Positions 37,703 to 50,652 of a stretch of 64,000 nt of DNA are shown piece by piece. The stretch is from positions 8,996,973 through 9,060,972 of the forward strand of contig OZ037770.1 of assembly GCA_964035545.1 (NCBI GenBank), in the 5' to 3' direction. Position numbers and translations under genes: made by a program. Positions within the stretch are counted from its first letter, which is position 1. Every line of letters starts with the position of its first letter. The notes under the pieces are model-generated. The model searched no databases. It saw nothing but the letters and a program-made list of their open reading frames with translations, and was not told where the DNA came from. Source of the DNA: Bugula neritina. Taxonomy: Eukaryota; Animalia; Bryozoa.

Positions 37703-40700
37703 CTACTCAACATTTTCAGCCATTTCCTCATTCTACAAAAAGAAAAAAGCATTTAGACTGGTTTATCAATATAATTATTAGCTCAAGTTCTAAGAAATTT
37801 TGTCATTGGCCAATGAATTTGCTGTTAAAAATATCAGTAACCAGTTTTATAATTTTCAATGTTTTTTCATTCCAAATTGAGAATAAAACTACTTTATTAC
37901 TATAGATTCCTCAAAACTTTGCTTTTACAAATTATATTGCAGATTACAAACTTCTTTTATGCTTAAGGCAGTAGGAAATCCAACAACTACAAAAATAATT
38001 TGAAATGACTGTAAACTAAAAGATTTAATTTCTTCCTTGCTGTCAATACAGTTAATAGGGAGCAGTTGTGGTCTAGGGGTTAGAGCGCTTGCCTAATGAA
38101 CATAAAATAATGGGTTCAAACTTTGACAAAGGTCATTGGTGATGTTAGGGAGGGGAATCAAGTCATTATTGCTTTTGTGCCCCATCTGAATAAATCCTTA
38201 GCACAATTTAACAAAAACCATTTCCATCAGGGTTTCTCACTTGCGTGAGTTTTTTTCACAGTCAATGCATTGTATTATAGCTATAAGGCAGTTCTCATTA
38301 CAATTCATTCACCTCATTTTGTTCTTCAAATGAGTCTTGTTTAGTGGGCAGTCCAATAATTTCACTTCCACATGTAGGAGTAAAGGCTATTGTACTTATA
38401 TCTGTAAAACAAATCAAAATTATTATTCAATATCATTAATCGATACCAATCAGTTTTTAAAGAATTTATTCAACCAAAAACACTTATAATTTAAAATAAG
38501 AATAAATATGTACGTAACAGAAAGCACTGAATTAAATTTCAGTGCTGCGTTGTTTATTTCAGATGGTATTAGAACATTGCCATTTGGTTTAGAATAAACT
38601 ACAATATAACATTCAGCAGGAAAATTCCATGATCCCATTTATACCTGGTTCTACCTATCACTATTAATTGGACAGTTAAAAATATAAAAAACTGTAAACA
38701 TACTTGAGTGTTGATATTCATCAGACACTGTAAGGTTGTGAGGACTCCACTGGTTTTTTTTCTCATCAACTTGAGACATCATCTTTGATAAGAAGAAAAT
38801 TATAGCTGCCCCGATTATTGGAGGGACACCAGCAAAATAGAAAGCGTAGTCATAGTTAAAGGTTTGGTCATATATCCAACCTATGAAAAAGAACAGGAAT
38901 TGTGAAAAGTCACACAATTAAATTAGCTGATAATGCAGAATTAAGGATAGGGTGGCAAAAATTATAATTTTCCGACAATGCTTAAATCAAAATAGTTATT
39001 GTTTTACTGGAATTATTTTCTCTAAGCAAAGTACACTGAAAGTGTGTTGCTAACATTGCATTTCTAGTTTCTGGTTCAACAAATTTGGTAATGGCTGAGC
39101 ATTCTAAAGTGCATGCTTATTTTACCTGCTTTCTGCAACAAATGAAATAGCAAAATGTGGTATTCTTACTGCTAGAATTTACTAAAACAGTGAATTGACC
39201 TTCACATACTGCAGTCGCGACCATTTAGAAGCAATAGCGGAGAAATTGAAATAACCCAAGTTCTTAACTTTTTTATTAAATTTTGGTTTGAGGCATGGGT
39301 TGAAATTTTTGCAAGAACATAACTTTTTTGCTGCATTTCTAATCTAGAACAGAGGTTTTTCTCAGTTTTCTTGTTATTGCACCTACCTCGCCAAGACCTT
39401 AAAACACCACATAACATCAGCTTTCTAAGGTCAAAAATTAACTAAACCCTGACTATAAGCATTATAATCCAGCGCAATGTCATACAGAATGTGTACTTTA
39501 ATTCACACAAAATAAGGAAACAAATAAGTAAGAATTTTAGCTAGATTCCTTAACTTTCAGTTACATATACTCAGACTCAACAACGGGAATTAGAAATGCT
39601 CTACGTGAAAACATTAGGTGCTGTATATTACTAGGTTTCGAATAATTTGAGAATGTATGAGATGTAAGTTGACCTAACATTACGTTTAGCAATATGTTTG
39701 TGTCTAAACTTTGCCCTGGCCAAACTTTCTGAGCACACAGAGAATTTATTTTCAATATCACGTTTAGCATGTAACAAAAAGTTACGGTTCGACAAATACC
39801 TACTATAAGAGAGAGTAAAGCAACATCACTGAGAGGAAGAAAAACTTGTGGTATACCTACGTTAGATATTGGATAAAGAAAAATATATAAGTATCATCAT
39901 ATTTGTCTTCATGCCAGACTTTTAACATGAATGGCTTCGATAGAATTAATTGAAATTTTGCTACAATCCATTGCCATTTGACATCACAAGCGCCAATTAA
40001 TTTTTTCAAAGCAGAATTGAAGACATCCTGAGAAGATGTGAGGATAAAGCGGTGCATCAGGATGACATTTCAATTTTTGGTTCGAACATGCAAAAACACG
40101 ATAGATGACTTGAAAATGTTTTAAAAAACCTGACTGCTGATGGTCTTCAGCTTCACCAAATGAGTACTTAGAGACAACCTAGCCTCAAATTTCTAGGGCA
40201 CATGTTTGACAAACAGGGCATCAAACCTGGCCCAGAGTAAATTACATTCATCCGTGCCATGACACAACACACTGTCGTCTCATCGTTGAAACGTTTTTAG
40301 GTTTGAGCTACTACAATCAAAAGTGCAAGCGCACACCCACACACACGCACAGCGCACACACGCACAGAGCACAGTGCACACACACGTGTAGACCAATTTC
40401 TTACCTCCTATCATATTTAAACTGAATTCTTACCTCCTATCATAGGCCCTGTCATGACGGGTATTGAAATCACAGCAAACAGGAAACCCATAGCCTGAGA
40501 TGCATTTTTTGCTCCGACAAGATCAAAGACTATTGGTCCAAGTAGACATATGAAGCAACCATCCATCATTCCAAGAACAATGCATACACCAATAAGACCT
40601 GAAATGTTTAAAAGGTAAGCTAGAAATATAATTCTGTTTACAGCACTAAATACCATGTACAAATATTAATGATGCTATGGGATGCAATTTCTGGTGAACT

Positions 40701-43700
40701 AATAAAATAAAGCTTTTTACTTATTAACCCACATTCCACATTTTGCAGGAAATGCTATAGCATTGGCTAAAATAGTATATTATGCCTCCAGCTCAATCAT
40801 AGTGCATCCCACATGAGTAGTGAATTTGCAACTTATGTAAACTTATATTCTCATGCTTGTATTTTACAAGTGCATAGAAAAAATTGGCCTGCTAATAAAT
40901 TATATATTTATGGCTTTTTAAAGTTTTACCTAGTTTATCAAATAGCCAGCTAGCCTTTTATAGGCAATAACTTTCAAGTCTTGAAGCTAGATTACTACTT
41001 AATTATGTACATTACTGTGTGTGTGTTAGTTTCAATATATCAGTAACTCTCACCTTCAAATACAGGTATGAATGGAATAGATAATGTAGCAGCACCAAAG
41101 AGCACTATAGCCACCTGCTGAAAGTGTACTCTGTTGACACATGCCATGTCACCTAGCTTGCCACTCACCAACCTGCCCACACCTGAGACACCACCTATTG
41201 TCATTATCAGTATCCCTCCATCCTTGTCAGGAAATTTTTGCTGAACATAGTTATTCTAAAATCACAAGCAATTACAGGCCAATTATACAACAGTAAACTA
41301 AACAAAATAATAAAATGCCGCTAGACTACTACTATGTTTATGATATGTTATATGCTTATAGTATAGTATTATGCATGCATTAGTCAGGACAAGATATGAA
41401 AACAAAAGCAGCCAGAGCTTTGGCATACTATTATTCTTCTATCTCATCATCAAAATCATTTGCTGTCTTTCATATCTAAAGTCAAAAAAAATGTTGAAGC
41501 AGCAAACTAAGTGCTGTTACCACTCTGTTACTCATACCTAAATATTTAATTTCACGATTTTTATCCTAAAGTCAATAACTTAGAAACTTATCTTTCATTA
41601 GCTTAATAATGTAGGAAATACTCACAATGTGTACAAGAGGTACAAAGTATCCGAAAAGAGAAAATGTTAGCCCAACAACCCAGATTACATAGCCTTTGTT
41701 CTTCCAGATATCAACATTGAGATAACGCTTTACTAATTCCCAAAGTTTTGTTACTTTTTTAGCAGTTTTACCATTGGCATGTTTTGTAGTTTCTGTTGTG
41801 AAAGACATCTGGGAACTAAATATTAAACATAGAAAACAAAATTAGGTATTTTTAGACAAGCAGCAAAAAATACCTACAAAAAAAATACACACGGCCAGTT
41901 TTTGTTTATTGTCATTTGATAGTTTACAAATTCCCATTTGATTCCATTATATCAGCATTACTAGAAGTCCAGCCACAAATTATTTAGCAAAAAGAAAAAG
42001 TTGCAATATTTATTTCATAATTAACCATTGAATTATAGCTAGTTAGTGCTGGATCATATGAACTGTGTAAAGATCTACTATTGATTAATATGCTTACAAA
42101 ATATCATCTACATCTATATAGGTAAGTTTAATGAAAACTTCCCCAGTAGCAAAATCTATGCACCATTTTAATAATAACAACAATAACAATAACATAATTA
42201 TGATAATTTACTCAAAAATTGTTAAAGCCTTATTTTATAAAACTTTAATTCTAACCATATACTGTATTCAACCACCTTAGTTACACTTATATATTGAATT
42301 GTTGTCGCTATTTCAATTCTTACCAAGGATCAGATTTTTCGATTTTGGAGTTATCATCTCCCTTAATAAGAGGTTTGAATACAAGTCCACAGAGGATCGT
42401 TGTAGCTACCAGCCCACTTTCTATCTGCAGAGTGAAGGCTAGTCCTTTGTTTTCCAGCAGATACTTCATCAAGAATGGCAAAACTACAACAATATAATGT
42501 ATATTTTATATATTAACATAGAGTAGACAACTCCGTTACTGTATATTGATTGCTAGTAGTATAGCATGTACTTTACTAGAAATGGTACGATTACAAAATA
42601 GCATAAAAATACAGTCAGGTGTATAAGTATTATGTAGCTATAGTCAGTTCTCAAACATATACAGCTTGCCAAATTTTTAAAATTAAATTTATAGCTTTCC
42701 TGGGTCGATATTATAACTGCTACGCATTTTGCCTTGTTGTTTAGACTGCTTCGCGTAGCTACATTTTGAAATGACTAGGTTTTTTACCAGTTTTACATAT
42801 ATTTACATTATTCTTGATGCCCACACACACACCGTAACCTTAGCAATGCTAGTTAATTGTGTAACACAATTTTGACAAGATATATTATGTGATAGAGCAA
42901 GTCTCTTATGTGACTATAAATGTGATTCTAAATTTTATAACTTGTATCATGATAGCTGACTAATGTTTCCTGTTTGAAGTGTTTCTAGTTGAGAGTGTTT
43001 TGCCTGAGGTCTTGTTGTTTTTGAAAACATTCTCTATCTCAGAACATTTTAAATAACTTTAAATTTGACTTCAATTTCAGATAATACCAAATTTAAAACT
43101 CAAGAAAGTCAAAAATCTAACCATCTTGCCTCAAAATTCTACTTTGTAATTTGACTTGTTGTTTGCTACCATTTTGCTAAGTAATTCAACTCAAATTGCA
43201 ACAGAATAGAAAATCTTTGCTTTAGTAGTAAAGGAGTGATAGCTGAATGACCATAAGGATAAAGCTTTTGGACTGGTGCCAAGTCCTGGGAATTTTGCCT
43301 ATCACAGCTGTTTCTTGCTATGTTGAAGTTATTAATGAGTGCATATCTTAAAGCACACTTAAACCAGACTGCTTAGCATTTTATTATAATATAACAGTAC
43401 TTGAAATAAAATTTCCTTATATATATGGAATCAGCTAAAGTGTATAAGTTGTGACATTACCTATTGTAAATATAGCACTTCCTGTAGTAACTATTCCATT
43501 CACCAGAGACATTCTTTTCTTGAAGTAATGTCCTAATATAACAAGACTGCCTGAATATATAAATGATGATCCAGTTCCAAACATTACACCATACGTCAGA
43601 TACAGCACACTTAGACTCTGGAAGTAGCAAAGATAAATAGGGCTATAATTTGGTAACTGTATAACTGTTGATTAATTTTTTAAGCTGCTATAGTTTTTCT

Positions 43701-46700
43701 AAAGTGTCTTGAAGTTTCTACTGGAAATGAAAATTTTTGCATTTGTTTTATTTTAGCTGAAACAAAACTTCACACTTACTACTCACTAAAGTTGTTGTAC
43801 AAAATGTATGCAAAAATCTAATGACAATTGTACACTGCAGAGCATTCAGAGACTGTAAAAGTTATAGCAGAAGAACAAAAGCTATGCAATCATATTGAAT
43901 TATAATATTCATTAAGATCATATACAACCATTGTATAAAGAAATTACAGAGAACTCAAATAATAAAACATTTTTAATGCTTAGTTTCACTATAGTTTCTT
44001 AGAGGACAATTAGTGAAACCTCATCTGCTTTTTATATTTAAAATATACGCTTGAGCTTAATTTCTTATTTATAAAATATTACAAGAAACGTGCTTGAAAT
44101 ATTCTTTGGAGCAGACAAACAATGCTTTATTTCAAATTTTCAAATTATCTTCAAAGTTTAGAGTGCAGATTTTACTCAAACATGGAATTCAGCTACTTGG
44201 AATATATTTCCTATTTTGTTATTTAGCTTTCAAAATTAAACAGTAAATAAATGTGGATAAATGATATGCTATTGAATTTTTAATAGTACAGTTTTGGTGT
44301 TGGCCAGAATTTTTTAAATAATTCTTCATACTTTAACAAAAGATGAAGAGAGTAGACCAGTAAAAGACAGGAGAGCTCCAGCTACTGCTACTTTTCTGAT
44401 CCCCAGTTGATCAGCTGCTATTGATGATATCATAGAAGTGAAGAATGTCATGAAGAGAGTGATGGAGGCAATCAGTGCTGTAACATAGTTTAAATATATT
44501 ATTCGATAGCTTAATGAATTTGTGAAAAGAATAATTTTATGTTACTGAGATACAAAAAACTTTTTCTTTGACTTGGGTGAGATCAATGTTTTATTCAGGT
44601 TTTCTTTGTGAGATCGCTATAGTAATCAATTTAACAAAACCAGAAATGGTTGCATTATGCTTAAAAGCTAAAATTACCTGCAAGTCAAAAATGAACACAC
44701 AAAATTTTTTTCTATAATTTGCTAAAAACAGAAAAATATGGAAATATTGCATTACAAACTCACAATATATTGTACTGTTCAGTAGGATCAAGGCTATGCT
44801 ATGATATGCTATTAATTAGGTCAAGGTTAGCTTCAGTTTAATTAAATTATCCGCCATACAAACTACTGCTATAGCTCGTTTTTGTCTTACAACAAATAAT
44901 AATCCATCGTAGCTATAATCATAATACTACAGTAAGAACAGACAAGAGTCAAAACTGTTAGGGTGTATAATGGAGTTGTTGCCCCTGTTCAATTTGGAAA
45001 ATGTTTTAATCAAGTATAAATAGGAAATAAAGACAACACACTCACAGACTTTAGTTGTCACATTCTCTTCAGTATCAGCTAGCTGACTCAGATGTGGCAG
45101 CAGAATTCCAAATGTATTCAGCATTCCAAATACAACTCCATTTACCCAGAAAGAGGCTAAACACACTAGCCAACCTCGACCACCATCAGGGGGGACAAAC
45201 TCCTCACTTGTTTTTGCGTTACGCTGCTGTCTTTTGTCGTTCTTATATTTTCCTTCTATAAAATATAATAAAAAACATAATTTTAGGCAAATTTTTTTGT
45301 GAAAGAGAATTTCAGTATTTTTAGTTCAAATTTTAAAAATCAGTAAGCTTTGAGCAAATTAAAACAACTATGTAAATAATTTTGTCTAACAAAGTGTTTA
45401 CCATATTTTCTTTACCACATATAGCACTCGTACATAGCCAAAAAATTTTGAAGTCGATTAAATCTATATATTTATCATAAACATTATACCTGCTTCAGAA
45501 ATATCAGTAGTATGTAAAATGAGTGTTTTGAACCACTTTTTTTGCCCTCCCCAAAAGTGAGTCCTGGACCAGTTTTTCTTTTTGAAAAAATATAAAACTT
45601 TGGAAAAGTGACGTAATTTTTCGAAAGATTATAAATAGTTTAAGGGTTAACGACAATTTTTTTACAATAAAAGAGCAAAAGTTTGTTTTTAGAGCTAATG
45701 TTGTTGATGCTGAAAAGGTAGAACTGAGTGGAGTTTCTTGATGTGTACCACATGTAACACCCAGTTTTGAAATGTAAAATAATCTCAATAAAGGTATAGA
45801 TATAGAACATTATCTCTCATTCTAGTGTATTATAACTAATTTTATTCATCGCCATTTATTTATACAAAAAATTTATCTTGAAGCCTAGTCTTATTTTATA
45901 CATTAATAATTAAAATGCGTACTTAACTCACTGAATTTAAGGTCAAGTTGCGTTTATACCTTCACGATTTTCGGTCAAAATTTCAATTTGGCCGGGTTGA
46001 AATTTCTCCGAGTTGCATTGCATTGTAAAAGCCACCCGTTGAAATTTTTGTACTGCGATAACTTAATCGGCCAATTTTAGAATAGGAGTAATAACTCCTT
46101 GTAAACATCGTTATTTAGTTATTACTTTGGCGATTAGACAACGCACTTATACGGTTATAATTATATAGCCTACGCCTTCTCAATTATCGCTTTTATGCTT
46201 TCCGCTTCACTAATTCACGACGTTTACAAAGGGCATCAAATAGCTATTATGCGAGTCAAATTTCAATTTCAGAAAGTGAGCAACCGCATCAATATGATTT
46301 CAACGAGTTTCAGTTTGACTATAAAGGGGTACCCGGACAAGCATTGTTAACTTAAACTCGGTACTTTTTTCAGCAGAGGTATAAACGCAACTTCAGTCTC
46401 ACAGACCCAGCCCTGGGAATTTTTGCAAAATGTGCATTAATCATTACTGCACTGTAATAATCCATTGACACGCATGATTGAACACACCTGTCAATCATCC
46501 AGGCATAAAAATATCTGATGGATCACTTCTAGTGGGACCTACATATTTATATGTTGTTGAATAATCCGTAGTCGTACTGTTGTAAATTATACTTTTAGTT
46601 GTAGAAGTATCGCTTTTTGTTTGCAAAGTGCATTGTTAAATCATCTAAACAGGCAACTATAAACAAACCAGTTATAATAAAAAATACTTTTCTTAACAAC

Positions 46701-49700
46701 ATTTAGTATTAATTATATTTTAGTATTCCCTATGCTGTAATGATTGTCTGCATAGTGGACATCTACTAGATTTTATTGCCCACTCTTTTATACACTCTTC
46801 ATGGAAGGTGTGTTTGCACAGAGTAGCTACAGCTTTATCTATAACATCTAAGCATAGTGGAGATGGCTCTTTAGTCTCTAATGGTGTTTATTCAACACTG
46901 TTAACTTCTGAATTATTTTCATCACTACTCACATCTGAATTATCTTCATTAAACTCACGTACTCATTCTACTGCACTTTGCAATTCATCATTACTAATTT
47001 CAGCATAACCTTTTACATCAAAGTGTCTTACATAGTACTCTAATTTAGCTCACTCTACAGCATTATGTAATTCAGTATTACTCGTTTCAGCATAACCTTT
47101 TACATCAAAGCGTCTTGCAGCACATTCATTACAAGCTCGTTCTACTGCACTTTGCAAAAAATCATCACTCATTTCAGCATAGCCTTCAATGCCAAAGCAT
47201 CTTGCATCACTTTCATTACGCACTTCACTCGCTGTACTGTATTTCGCAGTTCATCATCACTCATTTCAGCATACCTTCTATACCTAAGTGTCTTACATAG
47301 TATTCTAATTTAGCTCACTCTACAGCATTATGTAATTCATCATTACTCATTTCAGCATAGCCTTCAATACTATATTTTCTTGCATAATGTTCATTCACAA
47401 TTCTACGTATTGCATTATTTAACTCAGTGTCACTCATTCTAATACCCAATAGGAGAGAACCAGCAAATAAAAGCCTAATTTTCATGGCTCTCCAATCTAT
47501 CAAAGCAAAAACCATCTTCAACCTACACCAATTTATACTTTCCATTGTGCCCATAGACTTTTGGTCTGTGAGCACTATGGCATCAAAAGTAGAGAATGGA
47601 GATGAATACATTTTTGAAGGATTAATTCACAGGCTGCTGCAAGAGCATATAAATCACTGGACCGGTTTGGTACAGGTTGCGCTTGCCGTAATATTGTAAA
47701 CTTTTCCTCCTTTATTATAGCAAAAATAAACTTTTGCCCTTTTATTATAGGTAACAAAAATTATCTCTAACCCATAAACAATTTATAATTTTTCAAAAAT
47801 TACGGCACTTTTCCAAAGTTACATATTTTCTCAAAAGGAAAAACTGGTACAGAACACCCATCTTACGTACTACTAATATCAATTCTATAAGCATGCTTAC
47901 GCACTGCACAATCAGAGTATCAATTAAAGTTATATATATATTAAAGCTATATATTATAGTATATATATACTCTATTTGTAATTCCTGTTTATAAATTTGG
48001 ATGTGTTTTGCTTTCAGACAATGTAGCATATATATTGTCCCAAAAGAAACTGTAAAACAGTCATGAGTTTAGTTTTCATTTTCTAATGATACATTTCTTT
48101 TCAATAATCTATAACAATTTTACAAAACTAATAAAACTTATGCTTAAAGAGTTTGCAATAGCTTACATAGCTTAAAAATTGCTTATTAGTGTTGACCAAC
48201 CATATTTATTAGAAACATACCCATATAATTATCTTTTCTTGCAGCTCACAAAACTCAAGAAATTTTGGAAAGCAAGATTTGTTTCAAGTGTTAGCTTTGG
48301 GTTAAAGTGATGCTAATTTGCTTCAGGCCAAAGTAGACTTGTTGTTGCTAAATATTATAATGACATGCGAATAAGTTTAGTTGTTTTATGGGTCTACATA
48401 AATTTGGTCTAGAGTATATTAACAAACTGTAAAAGCTAAAAAGCATATTGAAAATTTATTTGTCAAAAAAATTTATCATACAAATATTACCTTTTTTCTT
48501 GGAAGTTTAGTATTTTCTGGCAATGAGAGTATAATTATAATTGCGCACCAACACTTATACACATTAGCATTAAATAACAATCTCACTTTATTCATTGGGT
48601 ATTATTATTATAACCCATTTTAATAACCATAAACTCTAATTTTCATCTTAATTATTTACCATGATATAATTATGACATGTTGATTGATTATTGATCACAG
48701 TTTCATTAGGAATAAGCTCAAGCAAGTTTTGTTGTCACTCAGCCATTAGCAAAATGATATGGTAACTATTCTAATATTAAGAATTTACTAAAAGTGTTGT
48801 TAACCAACACAGGGGTATAGAGCATTCCCATAAGGAATTAGGTTTCAATTTAGTTACTTAATTTATTTAAATTGCAACCTCCAATGTTCATTTTGGACAC
48901 GAAGTTTTTGTATATTTTTAATAAAAGCTTAACCTTTGTTGTTTCTCCAACCATTAGTAGTTATATACAATGAACTATAACCCCACAGTAGGTTATAGTT
49001 TCAGTTCAGTGGTTATATATATAAAAGTTACATTCAATTTAAAATGTTGGAAAGAGAAAGAAGACAACCCCTGTACTCAAATCAAAACCTTATGCCATCA
49101 ACTCTGCAAAGCTGGAAACATTTAGCATGAAACTTGCATTGCAAACAATAAGTTAATTTTTTTGAATGTAGAACAGGTTTACTGTGGCTGATTACAAGCT
49201 TCCAATGAGGAAAAAACAAAGTTATGGGTGGTAAATGTGCTTACAGTTAAATAAAAAAGATGATAGCAAATTACATCAGCTGAGTTAATTGTATTTCCAA
49301 CTTGTGCTATCTATATTATGAGAAAATAAAAAAGCTCATGCTCGCATTGGCATTGGCTTTCTAGCGCAAACTCTGTGCATCTGTAGTGTGTAAGTGTAAA
49401 TAAAATATACTTGCATAAAAAAGTAAACTGCAATTTATATTTTAGGCAAAAGAATAAAATGAATTCTATCTGTATTTGAGCAATAGTTTGTCTAAGTGGA
49501 GCATGTACTCTTCATTTATAATACTTATTCTAAAATAACAGTGCATATTTGAATGTTAATAAGCACTACCTGTAATTTAAACAGCTTAATAACAACCTAT
49601 TGATTAACAAAATGAGTTTGTCAACACCTGTTCACTATCCTTTGAAAAGACATGACCTGTCTCTTTGGGGCTGGCTGGGAATTTTAATGCACAATGAAAT

Positions 49701-50652
49701 TCTTCACTATTTTCTTTGTTTTAAACTAAAACATTATTTTTGTTCTGGTAGGAGTGCTACTTGTTCTGTAGACATTCAATGCTTAGTGAGCCAGCACCAG
49801 CCACTACTTGAAAGTTATAAATTATATTGCAAATTTTTCTAAATTTGTCCCAGTCCAGCTAGATAATAAATAAAAATTATAAAAGAAAAATAGTCAATAA
49901 AGAACAAACGGTTTCTTGAAGCTAGACTGTATGTTATAACTAAATAATAAATTTTCTTATAACTACATGAGTGAAAGTTTTGTGCCTCTACATATGATTG
50001 CAATTTTTAGCAAATCCAAATGGCTACACTACAAACATGATCATTTATGCATCTGGCTGTACTCGAAAAGTGGACCCTTTAAATAATGCTTATGAGATTA
50101 GGCAATTGCCACAGCAACTTTTCATAGTAAGTTTAGCATTTTGACCACATGAAACTCACATAATTAGCCTTCGGCATATGAAAGTCAAACTCTTGTACTT
50201 ATAACTGGCTAGCAACTTAAAAACACATAATTTTCGACCATGTAATATGAATCTTTTTTAAAAAGTGCAATGCTTTGTACTAACTGGCTAACAACTTATA
50301 AGTTATAGACTTACAAGTCTTGACCATGTCATATGAAAAACATGTTTAAAAAAATGCAATGCTCAGACTACAATAATGTATTTTAACAATACGGATGATA
50401 GGCCACGCAAAACAGTTATTTAATTTAATATTTTTGTAAATAATAAGAAATATTTTACTTTTTTTGTAAATTTATAACTTCAGATAGAAGGATTAAATCA
50501 TTCACAAATATTAAGTATCACATTCAATGCAATGTACCTGTCAGAGAATCATTCTTGGCAGATATGCAAAGGTTACTTTCAAGGTCATTATACAGTTGAC
50601 CGGGTTCAGTACTGCTCAAAGTTTTCTTGTTTCCTGATTTGTTGTTCTCCAT
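37703..50652 (-). CDS. SLC16A10: MCT10/MCT8-like SLC16 transporter, copy 2; 11 coding exons, 546 aa
   Basis: Exons 50538-50652, 45046-45255, 44332-44477, 43461-43617, 42324-42483, 41626-41815, 41054-41255, 40434-40598, 38704-38880, 38313-38401, 37703-37732 (1641 nt). Same phases and motifs as copy 1; exon 6 is 3 nt shorter and exon 10 is 6 nt shorter. Confidence 0.9.
38058..38256 (+). mobile_element. tRNA-derived SINE in intron 10 of copy 2
   Basis: Same intron position and sequence as 4619-4815. Confidence 0.7.
39920..40305 (+). mobile_element. Decayed Gypsy reverse transcriptase fragment in intron 8 of copy 2
   Basis: Across frames: LPFDITSAP, DDISIFG...HDR.LENVLK, KFLGH...GIKP, LKRFLG. 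Intron 8 of copy 3 is only 143 bp and lacks it. Confidence 0.6.
45945..46393. mobile_element. MITE-like element with 17-bp perfect inverted repeats
   Basis: aagttgcgtttatacct (45945-45961) and its reverse complement (46377-46393). No TSD found. Confidence 0.5.
46720..47460 (-). pseudogene. Decayed intronless gene: 29-aa Rho-N-like repeats + acidic linker + RING-H2 domain; possibly of viral/Polinton origin
   Basis: Five 87-bp-type units (ttcagcata anchors at 47351, 47265, 47173, 47086, 46999) encoding YARKYSIEGYAEMSNDELHNAVE-like sequence, then SPLCLDVIDKAVATLCKHTFHEECIKEWAIKSSRCPLCR, with TAA at 46720-46722. The 5' end is uncertain. Confidence 0.75.

Noticed and set aside
46990-47440. CRISPR-like regularly spaced repeats
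   Set aside because: Eukaryotic context. The units are degenerate 87-bp coding repeats without unique spacers, and there are no cas genes.
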